From an uncultured delta proteobacterium (lineage in GTDB: Bacteria; Desulfobacterota; Binatia; UBA9968), in NCBI GenBank assembly GCA_963745835.1, contig CAVUZH010000024.1:256001-320000 (forward strand): a stretch of DNA of 64,000 nucleotides, in the 5' to 3' direction. The number at the start of each line of letters is the position of its first letter. Within the stretch, counting starts at the first letter, position 1. This document shows positions 50,950-60,562 of this stretch, piece after piece. The notes beneath the pieces were generated by a model. The model was not told where the DNA came from, ran no database searches, and saw nothing but the letters and a program-made list of their open reading frames with translations. The position numbers were made by a program, and so were the translations under genes.

Positions 50950-52335
50950 TCAAAGTGGCGGACGCTGCTGGTACCACGGGGCACTTTGCTGGTAGGTGTA
51001 CCCCGCTCGCAAGATCGTCACTTCATCGAACGGTTTGCCGACGAGTTGTAGAGCGATCGGCAAATGACTATCCGAGAATCCGCAAGGAACCGACAACGTC
51101 GGCAGTCCGGTCAAGTTAAATGGCCCGTGGTATTCGGGAACCACATGTTTGAACAACGTGTCGATGGGTCCGACATCTTTAACCAGCGGCGCCGGACCAG
51201 CCTGGCATGGCAACGCCAGGCAATCCACTTTTTCGAAGATCTCGGCAAATTCCCTTCGGACACGACTTCGAACGCGCTGCGCCTGAATGTAATCCGCTGA
51301 TCCGGTTAAAAGTCCCAGATAAATCCGCGCGCGTCGTTGCGCCGCGCCGTTCTTCAGCACAGAGGCGGCATCGCTCTTATGCGCGGCCCAGAATTCGTTG
51401 TAATAAATAACGGCATTGGCGATGGTGGCGAGATTCAATGTCGGTACTTTAACTTCCTCGATGCGCGCGCCCAATTTTTTCAAATCTTCAATGGCTCGGT
51501 TGACCAGTTTGATGACGATGGGATCGGTGCGCGGCGCGCATTCGTTGATATAGTCGCGCGGCACGCCGACGGTCATTCCTCTGACGTCTTCGCGCAATGC
51601 GCCGGCATAGTCGGCCACCGGGACGTTGCTCGAAGTCGGATCTTTGGCATCATGGCCGGCAACCGCCTGCAGCATATGGGCGGTATCTTCGACCACACGC
51701 GCCATGGGACCGCAATGATCCAATGACCAACTCAGCGGCGCTAACCCATAACGGCTGACCCGGCCGTAAGTCGCTTTCAGACCGGCGATGCCGCAGAAAG
51801 CCGAGGGGTTGCGAATCGAGCCGGCGGTATCTTCGCCGAGAGAGCCCAAACAGAGTCCGCCGGAGACGGCAGCGCCGGAACCCGTGCTCGACCCGCCGGT
51901 GATGTGTTCGGTGTTCCAGGGATTGCGCGGCACCGGCAGCCCGCCGTCAGGCAAACTGCTCATATGAAGCTTGCCCATGATAATCGCGCCTGCTTCGCGC
52001 AATTTTCTGACAGCGGTTGCATCCCCGACGCCCGTAGTAAATTGGCGAATCCGTGCCTGCGCGCCTTTCACGTCCAATTGATCTTTAACAGCCACGGGAA
52101 TGCCGTGCATTGGACCGCGCCAGTTACCCTTGTGAATTTCCGCCTCGGCGTCCCGAGCTTCCTGCATCGCGCTGTCGGCCATTAAATCGATATAGGCATG
52201 CAGCCTACCGTCGATCGCTTGAATGCGCTCGAGCACCGCCTGGGTCAGCTCGACGGGCGAGAGTTGGCGCTTTTGAATCAGCTGTTGAGCTTCGTGAATC
52301 GACAGGTAATTGAGCGGCTTCTCGGCTCTAACCAT
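50950..52335 (-). CDS. Amidase signature family enzyme
   Basis: GIPVAVKD (Lys), GGSSTGSG, EDTAGSIRNPS (Ser-cisSer-Lys triad). Confidence 0.92.
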   Translation of the reverse strand: MVRAEKPLNYLSIHEAQQLIQKRQLSPVELTQAVLERIQAIDGRLHAYIDLMADSAMQEARDAEAEIHKGNWRGPMHGIPVAVKDQLDVKGAQARIRQFTTGVGDATAVRKLREAGAIIMGKLHMSSLPDGGLPVPRNPWNTEHITGGSSTGSGAAVSGGLCLGSLGEDTAGSIRNPSAFCGIAGLKATYGRVSRYGLAPLSWSLDHCGPMARVVEDTAHMLQAVAGHDAKDPTSSNVPVADYAGALREDVRGMTVGVPRDYINECAPRTDPIVIKLVNRAIEDLKKLGARIEEVKVPTLNLATIANAVIYYNEFWAAHKSDAASVLKNGAAQRRARIYLGLLTGSADYIQAQRVRSRVRREFAEIFEKVDCLALPCQAGPAPLVKDVGPIDTLFKHVVPEYHGPFNLTGLPTLSVPCGFSDSHLPIALQLVGKPFDEVTILRAGYTYQQSAPWYQQRPPL

Positions 52336-52478
52336 GGTAAGTCTCCTTTGCAGCTTTGCGCTATCAGCTATTCCGGGGCAAAGCCCAGATCACTCGCTTC
52401 GTTCGCAATGACAAGTCTGGTGTATTTGACTCTGCTTGTCGTTCGAAGCGACCCACGGATCGGTTGTCATTCATTCAA

Positions 52479-52670
52479 TCACTTCCCCGTCCATTCCGGC
52501 CGAAACACCGGCGCCAACTCCTCGGCACCGAGATTGACCGAATGCAAAGTCTTCAAGTTATCCACGTAGAGCTCGATGATCTTGGCAAACTCTTCGAGGT
52601 CACCCGGTCTGGGCTCCAAGCCTTCGCGCGCCAGCTGCGCCATCAGACTTTGCTCGATGATCTTTTCCAT
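52479..52670 (-). CDS. Small GatC/AtzG-like protein
   Basis: 63 aa with AAGGGAG RBS; LAREGLE...YVDNLKTLHSVNLGAEELAPVF resembles GatC pattern; upstream of the amidase. Confidence 0.5.
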   Translation of the reverse strand: MEKIIEQSLMAQLAREGLEPRPGDLEEFAKIIELYVDNLKTLHSVNLGAEELAPVFRPEWTGK

Positions 52671-52960
52671 TTCGTTTCTCCCTTCTTAGCTGTTTAAAGG
52701 TCCGGAAGGTTGAAGTCGCGACTCTACCGTTCATGGCGCGTGTGCGTCAAGTTCTTCCATTCTTAGCACTAGAAGACGCCCGCAGCGCTGGTTGTGGTTT
52801 GCCGTGTCCTCCACCAGACAAATTAACGCAGAATTATTCAGACCTGACGCTCGCACGCAAGATATCATAGGAATTGGCAAAGTTGTTCTGCTTTTTGTGA
52901 TGTGAGTGGGTTGGGTTGCCATCTTTTATAGTTGCACTCCAAAAAGCGCTATAGACTGAC

Positions 52961-52976
52961 TGGCATGCCGGTTGCG
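52961..52976 (+). promoter_or_regulatory. Sigma54 (-24/-12) promoter candidate
   Basis: TGGCATGCCGGTTGCG: GG-N10-GC with TGGCA and TTGC, 54 bp before the kinase ATG. Confidence 0.6.
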
Positions 52977-53029
52977 GTCCTCGACTGTAACGCGGGCCAC
53001 TCGCTGCCTTCGTCCACGGGTTCGCCTCC

Positions 53030-55420
53030 ATGGTTCAGTTCATTTCATCGTTAAGATGCAGGCTTATTGTTCTTGTGTTGTTGGCTGTCATTCCAGCCTT
53101 TGGCGTCATTCTGCACAGCGCTTCTAGTCATCGTGATTTGACCGCAGAGCAAGTGGAAAAAAACGCGTTGAGAGCGGCCCGGGCAATCGCCGCTGAGCAC
53201 GAAAGGTTTTTCGAAAACGCCCACCAATTCTTGATCATGCTGGCCCGCTTGCCGCAAATTCGCGAGAACGACAAGGCAAGCTGTCGGAAAATCCTGGCAG
53301 GATTGTTGGAGCCGCTTTACGCCGATCTTGGTGTCACCGATCTGAAGGGCAATTCCATTTGCACAGCGTTGCCGGCCGCCAGCTCACTCCTAAACGCCAA
53401 AGGAAAACATCAAGCGCGGGTCATCGAGACTCATGATTTTTCCGCCGGCACTGTTCGAACCGATGCCTCGACCGGCAAGACACTTTTGGAAATCGGCTAT
53501 CCGGTAATGGACTCGCCCGAGGCCGTACGCGCCGTCGTCATCGGAGCTATGAACTTTTCTTGGGTGACCCGTTTGGCGGTCGAACCGCATCTGTATCCGG
53601 GAGCAGCCTACACGCTCATTAACAATAGCGGAAAGGTGTTGATTCGATACCCTGAAACAGACGACTGGAAAGACGAGCCGATTATCGCAAAAACTTTGCT
53701 ACAAACCATGGCTTCTCGGGATACCGAAAAAAGCTTCGAAGCAGCCGGTGCCGACGGCATTCGGCGACTCTTTGCTTTGAGCCAGTTGAGAAACACACTA
53801 GGCGGCCAAACCGTTTTCGCGGTCATCGATATCCCAACTGTCGCTGCATTCGAGGAGGCGAATCTCATTTTGGCTCGCAACCTAATCGTTCTCGGGGTGT
53901 TATCAGCTCTAGCGCTGGCGGCCGCATGGTTTGGCGCCGACATTTTCTTTCTTCGCCGAATCCGAGACATCGTTGCGGCGACAGAGAAGGTCGCTGGCGG
54001 CGACCTGGGTGCGCGTACCAAGCTGCCCTATGAGCGGAGCGAGCTCGGACAGATGGCGCGCGCTTTTGACGATCTTGCGCAGACGTTGGAGCAACGTGAA
54101 GCCGAAGCCATCGTATCGGAACATCAGATTAACAAACAACGACAGCGTCAGAACATTCTTTATGACCTTAATTGCGCGGTGACCTCGACTCTCGATATGT
54201 CGACGCTGTTGGAAACTCTGTTGCAGCAACTATCCAACTTGTTTCCGTTTCGCGCCGCGACCGTAAGTTGGATCGACAGAAAGACCAGTGCGCTAAAGCC
54301 TGTCGTTCACCGCAATCTCGATGACACGGCGGCACAACCGCTACCGGCAACCGAAGAAGGTCTTCCGATCGCCGTGCTCAATCAACAGGGGCTGCTAGCT
54401 TTATCGAATGCCCATTTGGACCCAAGAACAACCAACCCGGAATTCTTCAGAAAGCACGGTTTTGTCTCTTATCTCGGTTTGCCTTTGATCGCCCGAGGGG
54501 AAGCATTGGGAGTTCTTTCTTTCTATACAGCTGAAGAGCATCGATTTGGGCCCGAGGAGATCAATTTTCTAAACACCCTGGTCAGTGGAACCGCCATGCC
54601 CATCTATAATTCGCGGCTTTATGAAGAAACCCGCAATCAAGCGGCGGCACTGGAAAGATCGAACCGCATCAAAGATGAGTTTCTTGGAGTGATGTCCCAT
54701 GAGCTGAGGACTCCGCTAAATGTCATCATGAATTATGCCGAAGCTATGAAGATGGGCGCGTTCGGAAACATCAGCAGCGAGCAGGAAAGAGGAACCGTCA
54801 AAATACTTTCCCAGGCAGGGCACCTGCTCAGGCTTATCAACGGTATTTTGGAGATCACCAAGATAGAAAGCGGATCGGTCATCTTGCACAAGGAAAAGTT
54901 TGATCTCGCAGCATTCATCGCGGAAACCCGATCAGACTACATGATGCCGATGGAGAAAAAGCTCACCATCAATTGGAACTATCCGGCCGACCTTCCTGCG
55001 ATCGTCAGCGACCGTATGAAATTAAAACAAATCATCACCAACTTGATCGATAACGCAATAAAATTTACCGACGATGGATCAGTCACTGTGTCTTTCCAGC
55101 TGATTAATCAGAATCACACTCTCGAGATCAAGGTCACAGATACCGGACCGGGAATTCCCGAGGATCTGCTGCCATTGATTTTTGACAAGTTTCGCCAAAT
55201 CGACAGTACAACGACGCGGCATTTCTCCGGTGCGGGGCTCGGTTTGTACATCGTTAAAGTCTTTGCCGGCCTCCTCGAAGGTACGATAGAGGCAACCAGC
55301 AAAGTTGGCGAAGGCTCTGTCTTCGCCGTGCGCGTGTCCACGAATCTTGGGGCGGCGCCCAAAGATGAGCAGCGGCATTCGGCAGCCGATGCGAGAATTA
55401 TGGACTTCGCGGAGGATTAG
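53030..55420 (+). CDS. Sensor histidine kinase (TM-Cache-TM-HAMP-GAF-HisKA-HATPase)
   Basis: FLGVMSHELRTPLN, NLIDNAIKFT, DTGPGI, FDKFRQ, GAGLGL. Confidence 0.93.
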   Translation: MVQFISSLRCRLIVLVLLAVIPAFGVILHSASSHRDLTAEQVEKNALRAARAIAAEHERFFENAHQFLIMLARLPQIRENDKASCRKILAGLLEPLYADLGVTDLKGNSICTALPAASSLLNAKGKHQARVIETHDFSAGTVRTDASTGKTLLEIGYPVMDSPEAVRAVVIGAMNFSWVTRLAVEPHLYPGAAYTLINNSGKVLIRYPETDDWKDEPIIAKTLLQTMASRDTEKSFEAAGADGIRRLFALSQLRNTLGGQTVFAVIDIPTVAAFEEANLILARNLIVLGVLSALALAAAWFGADIFFLRRIRDIVAATEKVAGGDLGARTKLPYERSELGQMARAFDDLAQTLEQREAEAIVSEHQINKQRQRQNILYDLNCAVTSTLDMSTLLETLLQQLSNLFPFRAATVSWIDRKTSALKPVVHRNLDDTAAQPLPATEEGLPIAVLNQQGLLALSNAHLDPRTTNPEFFRKHGFVSYLGLPLIARGEALGVLSFYTAEEHRFGPEEINFLNTLVSGTAMPIYNSRLYEETRNQAAALERSNRIKDEFLGVMSHELRTPLNVIMNYAEAMKMGAFGNISSEQERGTVKILSQAGHLLRLINGILEITKIESGSVILHKEKFDLAAFIAETRSDYMMPMEKKLTINWNYPADLPAIVSDRMKLKQIITNLIDNAIKFTDDGSVTVSFQLINQNHTLEIKVTDTGPGIPEDLLPLIFDKFRQIDSTTTRHFSGAGLGLYIVKVFAGLLEGTIEATSKVGEGSVFAVRVSTNLGAAPKDEQRHSAADARIMDFAED

Positions 55421-55423
55421 AGT

Positions 55424-56572
55424 ATGTCGTTGCCAATATTCTGGCGTATCATTTTAGGATACTCCGTCATCTTGCTCCTAGCCTCCGGCGTAGCGGCTTA
55501 TTCGATTGTCCAGTTAGGCGGCCTGAGTGGAACAGCACGCTCGGCTTTGGATAGCGAAAATCGCATGATGGCCTATCAAGAGACATTGACCGACGCCTTC
55601 CTCTCTGAAGTGCGTTATGCTGGAAGATTTTTACTTACCCGGGCCGATGCCCACCACAAGGAATTTCGCCACTTCAAGGAAGACTTCAAGCGCTATATGG
55701 GCGAGATGACGTCACGCGCCACCGCCGTTGAAATTACGGCGCGTTTACTCAGAACCGATGAGTTGCACCTCCGCTATCATGAATTGTTCGATCAAGAGGT
55801 TCGTTACATAAAAGCCGGCCAGCCGTATGCTCAGAGCCGGTATCAGCAGGAGCGAGAGAAGATTTTAGATTCCGCCCTGAGAGAGCTCGAACGCTTGAGA
55901 GCCCAGCTGCAGGCAAACCTGAACAATAAGCTGGAAACCATGGAACAAGCCGCGCGCGCGGCGCGAAATATCGCCGTCGCCGGCACTCTGGTCGTGATCG
56001 GACTTGGCGTCGCGCTGTCTTTGCTGATCAGCAGGAGCATCACGAAGCCGATCTTGGAGTTGACCCGGAGAACAGCCGAAGACCCCCAAGTCCCCGATGG
56101 CGCGGTTGAGACCGGCGCAATCCCGGAAATCCGAGAACTCTCAGAAACCCTAGCACACGAGCGACACAGAATACGTGAAGCCGCCCGATCACAAGCCGAA
56201 TTTTTCGATGACCTCTTCGAGCAGGTAACGGCCCCGCTTACTTCGATCCAACAAAGGCTCACGTACTTGAAACGGGATTTGTCGCAAGCCGACGGGCACG
56301 AACAAAACCCATCATTGGAAGTCATTATCAAGGAAACCGAGCGACTGATCGATCATTGTAACCAGCTAAAGCCGCCATCCACCGCCGCCATGGCTGCCGC
56401 TGGCGATTGTCCCGAGCCGGTAGCGGTATCAATCCCGGAAAGCATCATGACCAAAAAAATGATTCTCTCAGGGAGCGAACGTTTTCACGCGCGCGGGTCA
56501 TACACGTACGAGCTAGCGGTTAACGCACGGCCGCGTTTTTGCTGGCATTGTGGCCGGCGTTTAGTCGATTAA
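55424..56572 (+). CDS. Membrane four-helix-bundle/HAMP protein with degenerate HisKA (pseudokinase-like)
   Basis: Two TM helices, SITKPILEL HAMP start, H-box-like FFDDLFEQVTAPLTSI without His, no G-boxes. Confidence 0.65.
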   Translation: MSLPIFWRIILGYSVILLLASGVAAYSIVQLGGLSGTARSALDSENRMMAYQETLTDAFLSEVRYAGRFLLTRADAHHKEFRHFKEDFKRYMGEMTSRATAVEITARLLRTDELHLRYHELFDQEVRYIKAGQPYAQSRYQQEREKILDSALRELERLRAQLQANLNNKLETMEQAARAARNIAVAGTLVVIGLGVALSLLISRSITKPILELTRRTAEDPQVPDGAVETGAIPEIRELSETLAHERHRIREAARSQAEFFDDLFEQVTAPLTSIQQRLTYLKRDLSQADGHEQNPSLEVIIKETERLIDHCNQLKPPSTAAMAAAGDCPEPVAVSIPESIMTKKMILSGSERFHARGSYTYELAVNARPRFCWHCGRRLVD

Positions 56573-56644
56573 ATCGTGACCTCCCCGGAAAGGCAAAGAA
56601 ACAATGAACAACATCGCCGATCATCTCGGACTTGCAGGGGCAAC

Positions 56645-57223
56645 ATGAGACTTTCTCGTCATTCGCTAAGTGCCTCCGCCTTGGCTGCCTGCGTGTCAGT
56701 CGTCGGTTGCACTACAATCGGAGAACAGATCGGGAAACCCGAGCCCATCCAGCCGCAAAAACAATCGCAGCCTGAATATTTGCAACGGAGTAAAGCTCTC
56801 TTTGCCGAAGGCAAGTATGACGCGGCCCTGCATGAAAACCAAAGAGCGCTTGCCGAAGGCAGAGGCGCGCCCGATGCGGCGCTATTCAATATCGGGTTCA
56901 TCTCCGCATACTCGCAGAACCCCAAGAAAGACTATCCCAAAGCGATCGAGTCATTCAAAGTCCTCGGCGCTAACCATCCCCAGAGCCCGTTTGCCGAACA
57001 AGGGAAGCTCTGGCTCCTGATTCTGGAAGAACACCAGAAGATCCTCGAAGAACACCAGAAAATGACCGCGGAAAGACAAAGGTTGTCCGACGAAAGGCGG
57101 GCTGTGATACGGGAACGAGAGATGTTGGCGCAAGAACGCAAGAAGCTCAAGTATACAGAGGAAAAATCGCGTCAACTCGACCTGGACATCGAGAAGCGGC
57201 GCAGAAAATCTTTAAATCGATAA
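56645..57223 (+). CDS. TPR/coiled-coil lipoprotein (QseG/YfhG-like architecture)
   Basis: Lipobox VVGC, TPR-like ALFNIGF...YPKAIESF...HPQSPFA, long coiled coil ending LDIEKRRR. Confidence 0.7.
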   Translation: MRLSRHSLSASALAACVSVVGCTTIGEQIGKPEPIQPQKQSQPEYLQRSKALFAEGKYDAALHENQRALAEGRGAPDAALFNIGFISAYSQNPKKDYPKAIESFKVLGANHPQSPFAEQGKLWLLILEEHQKILEEHQKMTAERQRLSDERRAVIREREMLAQERKKLKYTEEKSRQLDLDIEKRRRKSLNR

Positions 57224-57336
57224 GGCAGAGCGGCACCTCTCCTTCCAGCCCGAATAGACGCGCTCTTCCCATCTGTAAGTCTGAACTCAGATCCTTGCGT
57301 TTACCGACCCGTCGAGCCGTCGCCGCTGATCGCAGC

Positions 57337-59142
57337 TCACCGTGGCTGCGTGATGATATCCACGACCGCCGGCTTCCCTCCCTCGACGATGGCGATCGCC
57401 TTATCTAGAGTCGAGCCGAGTTGATCAGGTTCGGTAATCGGCCCGAAAGCATCGACGCTCAACGCGCGGGAAATTGCCGCCAGATCCGGCGCGGGATCCT
57501 CGATGCGAATGCCGATTCCTTTATTCTCCACCGGCCGTTGCCGCCATTTGGCCATCCGCTCCTGATGTTCTTCGTCGTTGTAGTAAGAGCGATTGTTCAT
57601 GACCAGCACAAGCAAAGGGATCTGGTACTTGGCCGCCGTCCACAAGGCATTCGAGGTCATCAAAAAGTCGCCATCGCCGATGATGCTGACGCATAACCTG
57701 CCGCTTTCTTTGTGCCCCAACGCGGCGCCAATCGATGACGGCAAGCCGTAGCCGACCCCGCCTCCCCTGCCGCCGCCGATGCCGTGCGCCGGCTCCGTAA
57801 CTTCGATCACTTCACGCCAGCGACGCCCGTGCGCGGATACCAGCGCCCACGCCTTGCCTTGCATTCGCTTGTTGATCTCGCCAAAGAAGCGCGCTTGCGA
57901 AATCGGTTTTTCATGCCAAGTTTTCTCTATCCATTCCTGGCTCTTCTTGCGCGCTTGATTATAGATGGCCTCGACCTTGGCGCGGCGCTCGCGAACCTGC
58001 CGAGCTGACTCCGCATTATTCTTGATCCGCTCGCGTAACTGCTCGAGCAGCTGCGGCAACGCCACCGCGGTATCGGCGGCGATGGGCACGTGCACCGGCA
58101 AAAGCCACATGGCATCGCTCACCCAACTCTGCCGTTCGAGATCGAGCAGGGTCATGTGAATAACTTTGCAGCTCGGCGAAATCACCGGCGCAAAATTGCC
58201 GCGCTCGCGCACCGAAGGGCCGAGCGGCACACCCAGACTCGGCACATCGAGCGCGAGAACGACGTCGGCATCGCGCAATGCATCCTCTCGCGCGTTGGTG
58301 AGATTAAGCGGGTGCGTGCTGGGAAATGCATAGCGGCCATCCGAATCGATCACCGCCGCGCCGAGTTCCTCGGCGATGTCCAGCAGAGGCGGCAGCGCCT
58401 TGGGATTGCGTCCGAGTTCGCCGGCAACGATTACCGGCCACTGCGCTTCGGCGAGCAGCCGCGATGCCTGCCGCAGCGATTCCGGATTGGCTGTCGGACC
58501 TGCTGGCGGGCGGAATAACTGGGCGTGCGGCACCACCATCGGTTTGCTGATTTTCTCTTCCTGAACATCGGTATCGAGGCAGATATAGACCGGGCCTCTG
58601 GGCTCGGTCATCGCAATCCGGTAGGCGCGTAAGAACGATTCAGCAATCGCGTCGACTGAATTCGGCTGATCGTCATACTTGACGTAATCGCGCACGGCAT
58701 TGCCCTGCACCAGAGCCGTGTGGACCCAATCAGTCGAGCGGCGATGGGTTGCGTTCTGCGGACCGCCGCCGCCGAGATTCAAAATCGGCGTGCGGTCGCA
58801 CCAGGAATTGAAAATCGCCATGCTCGCGTGTTGCAGGCCGACGACATTGTGCAGGCCGGTAGCCATGATATCGCCGGTGACCCGCGCGTAACCATTGGCC
58901 AATGCCACGGCGATCTCTTCGTGCGTGCACATGATGATCTCGGGACCGTTGCCCGCCTCGAAATTTACCATCGAGTCGTGCAGGCCGCGATAACTGGCGC
59001 CGGGATTTAAGGCGATGTATTTGATTCCCAATTCGCGCAGCACTTCGACCATGAGATCCGAGCCATACTGCGCATTGCTTTTTTTGCCGACGCCCGCCGA
59101 CCATACCTCCGGGACGCCCGCCGTTCTGTTTTGTTCTGCCAT
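57337..59142 (-). CDS. Thiamine-pyrophosphate-binding enzyme (benzoylformate decarboxylase/ALS-like)
   Basis: NPGASYRGLHDS, HEEIAVALANGY, GDGDFLM...MNN TPP motif. Confidence 0.9.
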   Translation of the reverse strand: MAEQNRTAGVPEVWSAGVGKKSNAQYGSDLMVEVLRELGIKYIALNPGASYRGLHDSMVNFEAGNGPEIIMCTHEEIAVALANGYARVTGDIMATGLHNVVGLQHASMAIFNSWCDRTPILNLGGGGPQNATHRRSTDWVHTALVQGNAVRDYVKYDDQPNSVDAIAESFLRAYRIAMTEPRGPVYICLDTDVQEEKISKPMVVPHAQLFRPPAGPTANPESLRQASRLLAEAQWPVIVAGELGRNPKALPPLLDIAEELGAAVIDSDGRYAFPSTHPLNLTNAREDALRDADVVLALDVPSLGVPLGPSVRERGNFAPVISPSCKVIHMTLLDLERQSWVSDAMWLLPVHVPIAADTAVALPQLLEQLRERIKNNAESARQVRERRAKVEAIYNQARKKSQEWIEKTWHEKPISQARFFGEINKRMQGKAWALVSAHGRRWREVIEVTEPAHGIGGGRGGGVGYGLPSSIGAALGHKESGRLCVSIIGDGDFLMTSNALWTAAKYQIPLLVLVMNNRSYYNDEEHQERMAKWRQRPVENKGIGIRIEDPAPDLAAISRALSVDAFGPITEPDQLGSTLDKAIAIVEGGKPAVVDIITQPR

Positions 59143-59164
59143 TCATTCCTCCCTAATGTAATGC

Positions 59165-59385
59165 TTAACCCTCAGCCGACAAAAGTTTAGCACCTTCAGC
59201 AGTGAGCGAGGAGGGCGAGGCCGCAAGCCGTGGGCATCCGAGCGCACAGTTTGCCCAAAGGCCCCGACGTACAAAACATCACCCTGGGGGGAATGCGGGG
59301 TGGCCTTCAAGGCACTGCTCTATTGCCCACGGCTGTAGGGGTCGCCGGCCTCGCCCGCTCCAAAATAATGTCGGATTAGGGTTAA
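59165..59385. mobile_element. 221 bp foldback/MITE-like element
   Basis: TIR TTAACCCTCAGCCGACA / TGTCGGATTAGGGTTAA (15/17) plus inner stems GGGCGAGGCCG/CGGCCTCGCCC and AGCCGTGGGCA/TGCCCACGGCT. Confidence 0.7.
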
Positions 59386-59395
59386 AGCTCATTGC

Positions 59396-60358
59396 TCATG
59401 ACCTCAGCCGCTTGATTGTTTCGACATAGTCGCGAACGCCTTTTTTAACGTCGTAGGCGGGCTCGTAACCGATATGCTTTGTGGCAGCGGAAATATTGAA
59501 GACGCAAAAGCTCTGTTTGCTGCGGCCTAGCTGGCTGTTGCCGCTGCCCATTTCGATTTTATGGCCGGGGCAAATTTCGTTGACCGCCTCGAGAAACTCC
59601 CGGGGCGTCGAGCCTTTGCCCGTGCCGATGTTGAACTGCCAAACCTCCGATGGCGGCGCGCTCAACGCCCGGCGCACCGACTGCGCCACGTCGCCGACAT
59701 AAACCGCATCGTTTAGCTGATCTCCGCCCGATTCGATCACCCACTTCTCTCCCGCCATCGCCTTCTCGATCAATTGGCCGTAAAAAGACAGTGCGCCGTG
59801 ACGCGCCTCCTTGCCGGGTCCGTAGATCGTCGAATAACGCAGCGCAATAAATTCGATGCCGTACCGGTTGCGGTAATAACGACCGACCTCCTCGCAGCAC
59901 ACTTTGATCGTGCCGTAGAGGTCGGCGGGATTCTTCGGATGACTTTCGTCCACCGGCTTGTACTTCGGTGGTCCGAATTCCCCGAGCAGCTCGCCGTACA
60001 CAGCCTTCGAGCTGGTAAAGACCACTCGCTTGATGTTTCGCGCACGCGCGACTTCCAGGATATTCACGGTGCCGTCGACACCCACTTTGATACCGAGACG
60101 TGGATCGGCTTCGGCCGGTTCCGGCATCAGCGCGGCCAGGTGCGCAAAATGAGTAACCCCGTAATCACCGACGACCTTGTCTAAAAATTTCGCATCGGTG
60201 ACGTCGCCCTCGACCCAATCAACTTGATCTTTGATATCCCGAATGAGCGAGAAGTCCGCCCGATTGTCCAACAACACCGGTCTCTCGCCATCGCGGACCA
60301 TGGTTCGAGCCAGCACTGCGCCGTTGACTCCCATACCGCCGGTTATCAAAACCTTCAT
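59396..60358 (-). CDS. NAD-dependent epimerase/dehydratase (extended SDR)
   Basis: ITGGMGVNG, HLAA, FTSSKAVYG, YGTIK. Confidence 0.9.
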   Translation of the reverse strand: MKVLITGGMGVNGAVLARTMVRDGERPVLLDNRADFSLIRDIKDQVDWVEGDVTDAKFLDKVVGDYGVTHFAHLAALMPEPAEADPRLGIKVGVDGTVNILEVARARNIKRVVFTSSKAVYGELLGEFGPPKYKPVDESHPKNPADLYGTIKVCCEEVGRYYRNRYGIEFIALRYSTIYGPGKEARHGALSFYGQLIEKAMAGEKWVIESGGDQLNDAVYVGDVAQSVRRALSAPPSEVWQFNIGTGKGSTPREFLEAVNEICPGHKIEMGSGNSQLGRSKQSFCVFNISAATKHIGYEPAYDVKKGVRDYVETIKRLRS

Positions 60359-60492
60359 CGACTGATTCCTTTCATTGGACAGTTCATCGCTATCTAACTT
60401 TCCTATTAGCATCGGCTATAGCACATTCACATTTCAATTGAATAGATGGCAGTTCAAAGCAAGGCATTAGCCCGGTTCCCAGCGAAATACTT

Positions 60493-60521
60493 TTGACTTG
60501 TGAAAGGTGGCTGATTATAAG
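60493..60521 (+). promoter_or_regulatory. Sigma70 promoter candidate
   Basis: TTGACT-N17-TATAAG with ATG about 42 bp downstream. Confidence 0.6.
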
Positions 60522-60562
60522 CTCCCGTTAGCGCCGACACGTATATTCAAACTTCGGAGACA

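Noticed and set aside
50950-52670. gatCA of the tRNA-dependent amidotransferase
   Set aside because: No gatB, and the amidase lacks GatA hallmarks such as DEFAMGS and SNL.R.DG..YG
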